Below the pieces are notes generated by a model. The model was not told the origin of the DNA and did not search any database. It saw only the letters and a list, made by a program, of their open reading frames with translations. Source: a bacterium (GTDB taxonomy: Bacteria > Fidelibacterota > Fidelibacteria > Fidelibacterales > Fidelibacteraceae). Taken from it: a DNA stretch of 64,000 bases. Of this stretch, positions 30,225 to 39,681 are shown one piece after another. A program made the translations under genes and the position numbers. Each line of letters opens with the position of its first letter. The stretch's first letter is position 1. The stretch lies in the NCBI GenBank assembly GCA_963676395.1, contig OY781066.1, positions 1,088,001 to 1,152,000 on the forward strand. The letters run 5' to 3'.

Positions 30225-31420
30225 TTGATTTCCTCAATGGATTTAACCGACACATTGGGAAAAATAATTTTTTGTGTCGCGGCTTCTATATCCTTTAAAC
30301 CCGACCCCGTTATTAAAAGCGCGATCTTCGCCATGGGATCAATGTCTTTTTGCGTCTTCTTATAACCGGCATAGCTCGCAGCTGCTGCGGGTTCGGCAAA
30401 GAGACCGGCTTTTTCGGACAATTCTTTTTGTGCTAAAAGTATTTCTTCATCGCTGACCATAACCGACTGTCCTTTAAACTCCCGTAAGTTCTTTAACGCA
30501 TAATATCCGCAACGCGGAATATCCACGGCAATAGAGTCCGCAACAGTTTGCGAAGCGCATTCGCTGAAATGTCCATCTTTCAAAGCATGATAAATAGCCG
30601 CCGACCCTTCAGCCTGGACTGCCATGATAGTCGGCATTTTCTCTATTAATCCAAACTGTAAGAGATCCTTGAATCCCTTATACACACCACTCATGATCAC
30701 GCCGTCGCCCACAGGAACAAACACAACATCCGGCGCATCGCCAAACTGACGAAATAATTCAATGGCAACGGATTTTTTACCTTCGATAGTGAGTGGATTG
30801 TAGGCGGTGTTACGACTCATCAATTTATGTTTTTTTGAGTACTCCAAAGACAGGTCAAAAGCCATATCATAATTGCCATCGACACTTACAACCTTAGCTC
30901 CATATTGCAGAGCTTGGATCATCTTAGCTTTGGGTGCGGTCTTGGGTAAAAAGATCGTCGCCTTAATGCCGCACGCAGCGGCAATACCCGCCATGGATGA
31001 ACCGGCATTCCCGGTAGAAGCTAATACGATCTCCTTAATGCCATGCTTTTTAGCAAAAGCAGCAACCAAGATAGAGGCCCTATCCTTAAATGATTTTGTT
31101 AGATTCCCGCTGTCATCCTTCAAATACAAATGTTCATGTATGCCGAGCTGATCGACTTTCCATAAGGGTGTGCGACCAACAGGCAGATCGGGAATATCGT
31201 CAATGTCAACCGGAAGCAATGCTTCGGGATCGAAAGGACCATCCACGGAATACTTGATTTCCAAAATTCCCCGCAAAGGTTCATTATCTTTTTGTGCTTT
31301 TGCACAATAAGGACAAACCATCATCTCCGGTGTGATCTCAAACTCGGCTCCGCATTCAGAGCAGATGTATTTGCTTGTAATTGGCATTCCTAACTCATTT
31401 TCATTTATCTTTCTCGTCAT
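30221..31420 (-). CDS. Threonine synthase-like PLP enzyme (start 31420 or 31387)
   Basis: N-terminal CxxC...CxxC, SFKDRAS, ASTGNAG, PVGDG, EPAAA, TGSGLKD. Confidence 0.85.
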   Translation of the reverse strand: MTRKINENELGMPITSKYICSECGAEFEITPEMMVCPYCAKAQKDNEPLRGILEIKYSVDGPFDPEALLPVDIDDIPDLPVGRTPLWKVDQLGIHEHLYLKDDSGNLTKSFKDRASILVAAFAKKHGIKEIVLASTGNAGSSMAGIAAACGIKATIFLPKTAPKAKMIQALQYGAKVVSVDGNYDMAFDLSLEYSKKHKLMSRNTAYNPLTIEGKKSVAIELFRQFGDAPDVVFVPVGDGVIMSGVYKGFKDLLQFGLIEKMPTIMAVQAEGSAAIYHALKDGHFSECASQTVADSIAVDIPRCGYYALKNLREFKGQSVMVSDEEILLAQKELSEKAGLFAEPAAAASYAGYKKTQKDIDPMAKIALLITGSGLKDIEAATQKIIFPNVSVKSIEEIK

Positions 31421-31609
31421 CCTGAAAAATTCTCGAAGAGAATTTGTTCAGCCCGTAGGGTTCCGCCGAATTCACCGGAGGTGAAGGTAGTGGAAGATCT
31501 GAGAAAGGCTTAAATTAAATTTTCATTTCTCTTCCCCAGATCTCGCTTCGCGATCCGTCTTACGACGGACTGAATAGCCCTGAACAAGTTCAGGTCTTTC
31601 AGGATGACG
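31415..31609. repeat. Composite REP/MITE-like palindromic element (family B)
   Basis: 13-bp terminal inverted repeats CGTCATCCTGAAA / TTTCAGGATGACG enclosing nested hairpins. Confidence 0.75.
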
Positions 31610-31642
31610 GGGAAGGTTCAACTTTCAACCTACGACTTTCAA

Positions 31643-32653
31643 CTACATCGTGAGGCCCATTATCGCTTTCGCGGTGTGCAGTCTATTTTCCGCTTCGTCG
31701 TAAATAATGGCCGCAGGACTATCAATAACTCCCGGCGTAACTTCATTACCGCGATCGGCCGGAAGAGCGTGCATGTATTTCACATCTTTTTTAGCTAAAG
31801 CCATGCGACGTTCATCGCAGATCCAATCTTTATGTTTTTCAAGATTAGCCTTCATTTCTTTCATGCAGGCCTCTTCATTGGCATTGTATTCATCAAAAGT
31901 ATAATTGCCAAAGCCACCCCAATTTTTGGGAATCACAATATCGGCATCTTCAAAACCGGCATCCATATCATCAACGAAATTCAATTTGCCGCCGTTCTCT
32001 TTGGCGTTGTTATGAGCAACATTCACCAGATCTTTGTAGAGCGGAAATTCTTTGGGAGCGGCCACGGTGACATCCATGCCATAACGAGGAAAAAGTAAAA
32101 TTTGTGTCAGCGGTACGGATAAAGGTTTCGCATGCGAGGTGGCATAAGCCCAGGAAATCGTGATTTTGATATCTTTGAGTTCTTTACCAAAATATTCTTG
32201 AATGGTCATCAGATCTGCCAATCCCTGCATGGGATGATAAAGGTCATCCTGCAATGACATGATAGGGATGCGTGAGTTATCGGCTAACTCGTTCAAATAC
32301 TTATTTCCGATTCCGTAAAAGCAATTACGGCAGGCAATGCCGTGTCCCATTCTTGATAACACCATGGCGGTATCGCGAGCCGATTCACCGTGCGACAGCT
32401 GCATCTTGTCGGGTGTCAGGTCATGCGCATGGCCGCCTAACTGAGTCATACCGGCTTCCATGGAATTACGAGTACGAGTGGATTGCTCAAAGAACATCAT
32501 GAATAAAGTTTTATCTCGTAGCATGCGATGCGGTGTCCATTTATAATATTTCTTTTTGAGTGATCCCGCCAATTTTAGTGCATGATCGATCTCTTCTTTT
32601 TTCCAATCTTGAAGGGTAATAAAATGTTTACCTTTAAAATCTTTGTTCTTCAT
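31643..32653 (-). CDS. Carbamoyltransferase, YgeW-like (ATC/OTC family)
   Basis: STRTR, HPMQ, HALP; SWAYATSHAKPLSVP resembles the YgeW-type loop. Confidence 0.8.
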   Translation of the reverse strand: MKNKDFKGKHFITLQDWKKEEIDHALKLAGSLKKKYYKWTPHRMLRDKTLFMMFFEQSTRTRNSMEAGMTQLGGHAHDLTPDKMQLSHGESARDTAMVLSRMGHGIACRNCFYGIGNKYLNELADNSRIPIMSLQDDLYHPMQGLADLMTIQEYFGKELKDIKITISWAYATSHAKPLSVPLTQILLFPRYGMDVTVAAPKEFPLYKDLVNVAHNNAKENGGKLNFVDDMDAGFEDADIVIPKNWGGFGNYTFDEYNANEEACMKEMKANLEKHKDWICDERRMALAKKDVKYMHALPADRGNEVTPGVIDSPAAIIYDEAENRLHTAKAIMGLTM

Positions 32654-32668
32654 TGAATATCCTTTTAT

Positions 32669-33865
32669 CTACAATTGTTTTTCTTCTAATACATAAGGTA
32701 ACGCGGCATAAAATGCGCTGCATTTTTCTAAATGCTCTACCGGCACCTTTTCGTTGGGGGCGTGTGCCATTACTTCGTTACCCGGACCAAAGCCAATACA
32801 AGGTATCTTATGTTGTCCGCAAAGCGCTACGCCATTGGTGGAGAAAGTCCATTTGTCAATGCGCGCATCTTCGTCAAACAAGGCTACATGCGCTTTTACA
32901 CCGGCTTGCACTAGGGGATGATCTTCGGGGATCTTCCATGTGGGGAAATATTTTTCTTGTTTGAAAATTTTGCCGGTATAACTTTCGCGAGCATAAACAG
33001 GCACACTGACAACAGAGTCATCACCCAATAAATTTTGTACTTCAGCCACGGCAGATTCTTTGGTTTCACCCCAGGTTAATCGGCGGTCGATATGCATAAA
33101 AGCTTTATCGGGCACGGCGCAAAGCGAAGGTGATTCAGTATTTAATACCGTGGGAGCAATACTACCTTTTCCAAGAAATTCATCATCTTTTAACACTTCA
33201 TGCAATTTTTCAATTTTTAACGCTGTGCGTGCTGAGGAATAAATTACATTCTTACCACGTTCGGGAGCGGAACCGTGGCAGGATAATCCGGTGACATGGA
33301 TTTCCATTTCCATACGACCGCGGTGTCCGCGATACAATCCCAAATTGGTCGGTTCTGTGATCACAGCCAAATCGGGAACCAATTTTTCTTCTTCGATCAA
33401 ATATAACCAGCACATGCCGTCACAGTCTTCTTCCATAACGGTAAAAGTAAAATATATAGAGTAATCGCCATCGTAATTCATTTCTGTTAAAATACGAGCC
33501 GCTGTCACCATCGAAGCCGCGCCGCCTTCTTGATCGACCGTACCGCGTCCATGCACATAATCATCTTTAATTAATCCCGAAAAAGGAGGTATATCCCACT
33601 GATCAACATCGCCTGTATCAACGGTATCAATATGCGCATCAAAGGCCAAAACCTTAGGGCCCTTCCCTACGCGTGCAATCAAGTTACCCAATCCATCAAT
33701 GCGAACATCCTTCACACCGGCAGTTTCAAGTTGCTCTTTTATTTTTAATACAACATCTTTTTCTCCGGCTGATAATGATGGGATCTTTACCATCTCCGAT
33801 AGACATTCCGCAGAGTAGTCGCGGTAGTCTTTTGCCATTTTTCTAATTTCTTTAATTTTTTTCAA
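32669..33865 (-). CDS. ygeY: YgeY family M20 hydrolase
   Basis: DAHIDTV, GRGTVDQEGG, EEDCDG, GHRGRME, WTFSTNGV, AHAPNE. Confidence 0.9.
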   Translation of the reverse strand: MKKIKEIRKMAKDYRDYSAECLSEMVKIPSLSAGEKDVVLKIKEQLETAGVKDVRIDGLGNLIARVGKGPKVLAFDAHIDTVDTGDVDQWDIPPFSGLIKDDYVHGRGTVDQEGGAASMVTAARILTEMNYDGDYSIYFTFTVMEEDCDGMCWLYLIEEEKLVPDLAVITEPTNLGLYRGHRGRMEMEIHVTGLSCHGSAPERGKNVIYSSARTALKIEKLHEVLKDDEFLGKGSIAPTVLNTESPSLCAVPDKAFMHIDRRLTWGETKESAVAEVQNLLGDDSVVSVPVYARESYTGKIFKQEKYFPTWKIPEDHPLVQAGVKAHVALFDEDARIDKWTFSTNGVALCGQHKIPCIGFGPGNEVMAHAPNEKVPVEHLEKCSAFYAALPYVLEEKQL

Positions 33866-33883
33866 TCTTGACCTCTACGATCT

Positions 33884-36800
33884 TTATTTTGTGACATTTT
33901 CTATGGCATCACGCATCACGCACATATCCACCACGCGATGCAGTGATATATCACCGACCCAATGATTCATTATTTCAACATCTTTTATTTGATAATCTTT
34001 ATCTAGTGTGATCCTGTAGTTGTCTGTAGAAAGCTTTAGCTCGTCAGCTTTCACTTCCAAACAATACACATCACCGTTTTCTTTGTACAGAATATGATCC
34101 GGTTTGCTCCAATACCCTTTATCCAAAGAATAAAAACTCTTTTCGCAAAGTGCGATATTCGGTTTGTCCGCAAAGGGACGACCGATACTCGGACAAAAAG
34201 TCGTACAGTTTCCACATTCGTTACAGTAGTCTGCAATATTTAAAATCTGATAACTTTGCTCAATAATAAAATCTTTATCTTGCTCAATCTTATAACCATC
34301 TTTATCCACAAGTACTTTACTCATCTCCTTACGAAAAGGAATAATTTCGTAGCCGGCATTGGCACGATTGGGACAAACCGTAATACAGATATCACAAACC
34401 TCATCACAATTCAAACAGCGTGCGGCTTCGATCTCTACCTCCCAATCTTCCATAGGCAGATCGACCAGCTCTTTTAATCCGCGTTTCTCCAAAGGAATAG
34501 TCCGCACTTCAACGTGTGGGATCACATGCGATAATTTTTGCGCATGTTTTTCACGCGTCCGTTTGATTCGCTCAATATTTTTATGTACCGGCTTTACACC
34601 CGATATTCTGGAAATGATCTCCAAGGCAACATCCTTACCATCGGCAATGGCTTTAATCAAAAAAGATGCTCCCCGGTGGGCATCACCGCCGATAAAGACA
34701 TTATCCATTTGTGTTTCGAAGCTATACTTGCTTCCCAATTCGTCATCGGATGCAAAATCAATATCTAGATCTTGACCAAAAGCCGGAATAACGGCATCAG
34801 CCTCTATCGTGAAGTCTTTACCGGGAATAATCATCGGTTTTGGACGACCACCCTGCTCATCTTTTTTCAGCTCCATTGTATGGCATACAAGCGCCGTGAC
34901 TTTTCCATCTTTGGAAATGACTTTTGCCGGCGATGCCAATTCAATTAACTTAACGCCCTCTTCCAAGGCGGCTTCAATTTCATCATAATCCGCCGGCATT
35001 TCATACTTGGTACGACGGTAAACAATGGTCACGCGGGCATCTTTGCTTGCCAGTCGCTTCACGGTCCGGCATACATCCATAGCGGTATTCCCACCACCCA
35101 AAATCAAAATATTCTCACCCAATTCGGGAGCGTTTCCCCTTCGTACTGCGGCAAGAAATTCCAAAGGATCCATCATGCCATGAACATGTTCACTACCCGG
35201 AATATTTGCATCGGATGACTTTTGTGCGCCTGCAGCAATATATACATAATCCGAGCCCTGTCGCAATTCGGTAAATTTCGCTTCATCGATCTTAGTATTC
35301 AAATGCACTTTCACACCGGTATCGAGAATGTTCTTGAGATCAAAATCCAGTGCTTCTTTCGATAATCTAAATTCCGGAATAGCCGAGGCCAACATACCGC
35401 CAATCTCGGATTTTGATTCATAAATATCAACATGACAACCGGCGAGTTGTAAATAGTAAGCACAGGACAAACCCGAAGGTCCGGCACCAATGATACTGAT
35501 CTTTTTATCGTTGTCATTTCCCGTATGCAGGATCTTGAGCTGACCGCTATTCTCTGCGATGAATCGCTTAATATCACGAATACGTAATGCGGAATCGTAG
35601 TTGATGCGCGTACACGTATCCTGACAAGAATGGTCGCAGATCATTCCGGTCGAAATGGGAAATGGATTCGTTTCGAGGATCGTTTTTAATGCCTTGAACC
35701 TGGAATTACTGTGAGCAAAATCCAGATACGCAGGAATATTTTGATGTGTGGGACACGTATGGGTACACGGTGCGAAGGTGCAATCGTATGGACCCAAGAG
35801 ATGATCCGTCTTAATGCTTTTGGGCTTATGGTGATATATGGTATCTTTCTTGACCTGCTCGGCATAAGTCGCCAAATGCCTATTATGGCCATCCTTTGGC
35901 CATGTGTCGATATTTTCAAGATACTGCAAAAGACGTGTATAGCCGCCAGGTCGTAACACATCGGAACAAACCGTTACGGGATTTAAACCACAGCTTAGAA
36001 CATTCATTACATTGTTGGCATTCACACCACCGCAAAAGGAAATAGCCAACTCAGGGAAAACATTACGTAACTTTGCCGCCACATTGATAGAGATAGGATG
36101 TAGGGCTTTACCGCTCATGTACATGGATTCCTCGGAAAAAACATGCTTGTGATTCACCGATTCCAGCGTGTTGGTTAACTTGATGCCAAAGAACAAGCCT
36201 TCCGCATCTCCGGTGTTTTGCAAAGAACGGATCAGATCGCAAGCGGCATCGAATTTAATATCATGTTCAAATGCCACATCGGGAACCGTGGTATCGTAAC
36301 CCATGGTTTTATTCAGGATCTCGTTGATCTCATCTTGACCCAACAGTGTGGGATTGAGCTTAATAAATGTATGGAGTTTTTTCTCGGTGAGTAAATATTG
36401 ACCAATGGTTTCTATCTCATCTGCGGGACAGCCGTGCATAGTGGATAAGGTAATATTGTTCGATATCATATTCGGAATCTCAATATGATCAATGTCAGGA
36501 TAGATGTCGCGGATCTCATCGATCATGGCGGCTTTCTCAACCGAACAATCATTCATTTTAGAAAAGAACCACTGAACATTATCATTCAGGATGCCCTTCA
36601 TATCGTAACCCACACTCATGTTAAATACGGTTCCAAGATCTTGCGAGTAATTTAATTCTTTGCGAAGAATATGAATGATGATCCACGCTTTCAGGTATTC
36701 TTTAAAAGATTGTTTTATCTTTAGCTCCTGCGACCACTCGCAGTTGTAACCTTCATCTGAGATATCAATACAGGGTTTTGATACCTCGATCTCGTCAAGA

Positions 36801-37063
36801 GTTTGCACGGTTTTTAATTCTATATAGCGTGCTCCGCACAACCAACCGGCAATAATATTCTGTGCCATCTGCGTATGAGGACCGGCAGCCAATCCAATGG
36901 GTGTTTCCAGATCCTGACCAAAGATCTGAGTCTTAAACACATCATTTGCGCTTGGCGTAAAAAACAAACTCCGATAAACACCAAAGATATTCCCTTTGTT
37001 TAAAGAGGATAAAACACCTTCAAGAAGAGGTTTGATCGCATGGGGATACATCATATCACGCAT
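33884..37063 (-). CDS. ygfK: YgfK family flavin/Fe-S oxidoreductase (annotated putative selenate reductase subunit)
   Basis: AAGPHTQMAQNI, YNCEWSQEL, TLSTMHGCP, GAGPSG, GGGNTAMD, CNECGNC ferredoxin motifs; likely start 37063. Confidence 0.9.
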   Translation of the reverse strand: MRDMMYPHAIKPLLEGVLSSLNKGNIFGVYRSLFFTPSANDVFKTQIFGQDLETPIGLAAGPHTQMAQNIIAGWLCGARYIELKTVQTLDEIEVSKPCIDISDEGYNCEWSQELKIKQSFKEYLKAWIIIHILRKELNYSQDLGTVFNMSVGYDMKGILNDNVQWFFSKMNDCSVEKAAMIDEIRDIYPDIDHIEIPNMISNNITLSTMHGCPADEIETIGQYLLTEKKLHTFIKLNPTLLGQDEINEILNKTMGYDTTVPDVAFEHDIKFDAACDLIRSLQNTGDAEGLFFGIKLTNTLESVNHKHVFSEESMYMSGKALHPISINVAAKLRNVFPELAISFCGGVNANNVMNVLSCGLNPVTVCSDVLRPGGYTRLLQYLENIDTWPKDGHNRHLATYAEQVKKDTIYHHKPKSIKTDHLLGPYDCTFAPCTHTCPTHQNIPAYLDFAHSNSRFKALKTILETNPFPISTGMICDHSCQDTCTRINYDSALRIRDIKRFIAENSGQLKILHTGNDNDKKISIIGAGPSGLSCAYYLQLAGCHVDIYESKSEIGGMLASAIPEFRLSKEALDFDLKNILDTGVKVHLNTKIDEAKFTELRQGSDYVYIAAGAQKSSDANIPGSEHVHGMMDPLEFLAAVRRGNAPELGENILILGGGNTAMDVCRTVKRLASKDARVTIVYRRTKYEMPADYDEIEAALEEGVKLIELASPAKVISKDGKVTALVCHTMELKKDEQGGRPKPMIIPGKDFTIEADAVIPAFGQDLDIDFASDDELGSKYSFETQMDNVFIGGDAHRGASFLIKAIADGKDVALEIISRISGVKPVHKNIERIKRTREKHAQKLSHVIPHVEVRTIPLEKRGLKELVDLPMEDWEVEIEAARCLNCDEVCDICITVCPNRANAGYEIIPFRKEMSKVLVDKDGYKIEQDKDFIIEQSYQILNIADYCNECGNCTTFCPSIGRPFADKPNIALCEKSFYSLDKGYWSKPDHILYKENGDVYCLEVKADELKLSTDNYRITLDKDYQIKDVEIMNHWVGDISLHRVVDMCVMRDAIENVTK

Positions 37064-38330
37064 AATAGGCCTCATGTAATTTTTTAACGGCTTTTTTAAT
37101 ATCTGTATTCATTTCTTTTTCATTCACGGTCTTTATTTCATTGTTGGCAAAAATGATCTTTCCTTCGGAAACGGTCATATACATTTCCTTACCCTGAACC
37201 CCGAACATGAGATGATAAAACAGGTTGCCTAAATTCAAGGGTGTTACCGGCCGATAATTGGTGATCGCCAGATCGGCCGTACTGCCTTCTTGCAAGGTGC
37301 CGCTATTGGGGATGTATGATGCAACCATATCCGCAGCATTCTGGAACAGCACCCTATTTGCATCGGGAATATTGGCATGTCTCAGTAGAAAGTGCGAACG
37401 CATAGTACCAAGAATATTGCCCGTCATACCATCGGTTCCCAGTACATAGTCGTGGATCTTTTCCATGTCCATCACACCCACATTGTTATTGGCATTTGAT
37501 TCCGGATTGGAAATAACCCTGGGTTGAATTTCGTTTAACAATTTATAATCCTTACCGGAAAGATGAATACAATGTGCCAGCAATGAGTTTTTATCCAGCA
37601 AACCGAATTTATTCAATCGGTCCACCGGACCGGCATAGCCCAATCGACGGCAATAATCAAAATCCGCCGCATCTTCACCGCAGTGAATGTGGATAGGCAA
37701 TTCAACCGGTTTTTCTTTGGCGATAAGAGCCATACTTTCTTCACTCAGGGTAAAATTTGCGTGCATACCAAGCAGTCCCCTAAGGGTATCGCTCTCCCGA
37801 TTGACTTTCCAAAAATTGATATTCTCTTTAATCTGTTCTTTTAATGATACCTCACCCATACGATCGGAGATCTCATAACAAAGCACACCTTTGACCCCGA
37901 TCTCTTTGAAAGCTTTCGCAATAATATCCAGAGATCCACTCACGGCATTCATGGACGCATGATGGTCGATAACGGTAGTGACTCCATAGCGTACGGACTG
38001 CATTAAGCCATTGACCGCGGAATAATAAATAGATTCCCCATCTAAAGTTTTATCAAGATGCCACCAAAGGTTATCCAGTATTTCCTGAAAATTGCGAGTT
38101 GGTCCAATAGGTGCCAAACCCGTCGCCAAAGCCGAATAAAGATGATGATGCGGATTTAACAAACCCGGCAGAACCAATCTCCCGCCAAGATCAACCGTTT
38201 CAATATTTCTTTTTCCAAGTCCTTCGCCAATCTTTAAAATTTTATTGTCTTTGATCTCGATATCGCAGTTTTCCTGCAAGAAAGATTGACCGTCGGTGAC
38301 GGTTGCATTGCATAAAATATAATGACTCAT
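37056..38330 (-). CDS. ssnA: SsnA-like amidohydrolase
   Basis: NPHHHLYS, ILDNLWW, IDHHAS, YEISDR, NPESNANN, GTDG; adjacent to ygfK. Confidence 0.8.
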   Translation of the reverse strand: MSHYILCNATVTDGQSFLQENCDIEIKDNKILKIGEGLGKRNIETVDLGGRLVLPGLLNPHHHLYSALATGLAPIGPTRNFQEILDNLWWHLDKTLDGESIYYSAVNGLMQSVRYGVTTVIDHHASMNAVSGSLDIIAKAFKEIGVKGVLCYEISDRMGEVSLKEQIKENINFWKVNRESDTLRGLLGMHANFTLSEESMALIAKEKPVELPIHIHCGEDAADFDYCRRLGYAGPVDRLNKFGLLDKNSLLAHCIHLSGKDYKLLNEIQPRVISNPESNANNNVGVMDMEKIHDYVLGTDGMTGNILGTMRSHFLLRHANIPDANRVLFQNAADMVASYIPNSGTLQEGSTADLAITNYRPVTPLNLGNLFYHLMFGVQGKEMYMTVSEGKIIFANNEIKTVNEKEMNTDIKKAVKKLHEAYYA

Positions 38331-38331
38331 C

Positions 38332-39681
38332 TTAAGCTCCGCCCTTTTGGGGTTTTATAAATTGTCCATATCCGGGTTTGGTGGTAATGCCTTTTTGATA
38401 ATCGTAAACAAATTCACCGCGAACCATGGTCTTAATTACCCGACCTGCAAACACAGTATTCTCGAAGGGTGTGGTTTTTCCCTTAGATAAAAATTCCTCA
38501 CCTCTAACGGTCCAGGTCATTGCCGGATCAACAAAAATCAAATCGGCATCTTTGCCTACTTCGATGGATCCTTTTCGATCCCAAATATGATATCGTTTTG
38601 CGGCATTTTCTGCCGTGACTGCCAATAATCTGCTCAATGACATCTTACGCTTGATCAATCCCCCGGAATACATATATGGAAAAATACTTCCACTGCCGGG
38701 GATGCCGGAATAATCGGTCCAAGCCGATCCGGTATTCTTTTGTGCTTTGGGTGCGGGTGCATGATCGGAAGCAATAAAATCCAAATCGCCTTCTATCAAC
38801 GCTTTCCACAATATTTCCGCGTTACCTTTTGATTTTACAACAGGTACAGTTTTCAGCGCAGCACCCATACGCTTAAGATCTTCATTGGAAAATTCCAAAT
38901 AATGTGGGCAAGTCTCACCACTGACATGCGTTTCCTTACCAATTAGCAGCGCCGCTTCTCCGGTTCCCACATGTACAATATGTAAGTCCGCACCAATAAC
39001 TTTTGCCATAGCGATAGCTTTTTTTACAGCAGATGTTTCGACCACCTCAGGACGAGAGCGGTAAAAGTTTATCCAGTTCTTACCCTTAGCTTTTTCTTCG
39101 ACTGTAAGTTTATTCACCATCTCAGGATCTTCGGCGTGCAATAAAACCGGGCGACCCAATTTTCTTGCCTCTGCCAAAACCATTTTAAATTGTTCAGAAC
39201 TTACAGCTCCAAAACTCTCCATACCGGAGATGAAATAAGTTTTAAAACCCATGACAAAATCCGCGAGCTCGGCCATGCTTTTTTCATAGTCGCCATCAAA
39301 CACTTGACTCGACACACCACCATGAAAACCAAAATCGATCACCGCGCGCCTGGACACCATAGCTAGCTTCGCGTTCAGGTTCGCCAAAGTAGTCACCGGC
39401 GGGATTGATGTGCATGGCATATCGATAATGGTTGTTACACCACCCGAAGCGGCACAGGCACAGCCGTGATAAAAGTCTTCCCTTTCGGTGAAACCGGGTT
39501 CATTAAAATGAACATGCGCATCGATCGCCCCGGGGAAAACTTGCAATCCAGATGCATCAAAGATATCCGGACCATCCAAATTTTCTCCTATATAGACAAG
39601 TTTCCCCTGATCTATTGCTATATCAAGGGAAATTAGTTCATTGCTTCCGGGCAATGCGATTTCACAATTTTTTATTATCAT
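38332..39681 (-). CDS. Cyclic amidohydrolase, allantoinase (AllB)-like
   Basis: DAHVHFNEPG, GGVTTIIDMP, HAED, ETCPHYL, SDHAP. Confidence 0.8.
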   Translation of the reverse strand: MIIKNCEIALPGSNELISLDIAIDQGKLVYIGENLDGPDIFDASGLQVFPGAIDAHVHFNEPGFTEREDFYHGCACAASGGVTTIIDMPCTSIPPVTTLANLNAKLAMVSRRAVIDFGFHGGVSSQVFDGDYEKSMAELADFVMGFKTYFISGMESFGAVSSEQFKMVLAEARKLGRPVLLHAEDPEMVNKLTVEEKAKGKNWINFYRSRPEVVETSAVKKAIAMAKVIGADLHIVHVGTGEAALLIGKETHVSGETCPHYLEFSNEDLKRMGAALKTVPVVKSKGNAEILWKALIEGDLDFIASDHAPAPKAQKNTGSAWTDYSGIPGSGSIFPYMYSGGLIKRKMSLSRLLAVTAENAAKRYHIWDRKGSIEVGKDADLIFVDPAMTWTVRGEEFLSKGKTTPFENTVFAGRVIKTMVRGEFVYDYQKGITTKPGYGQFIKPQKGGA

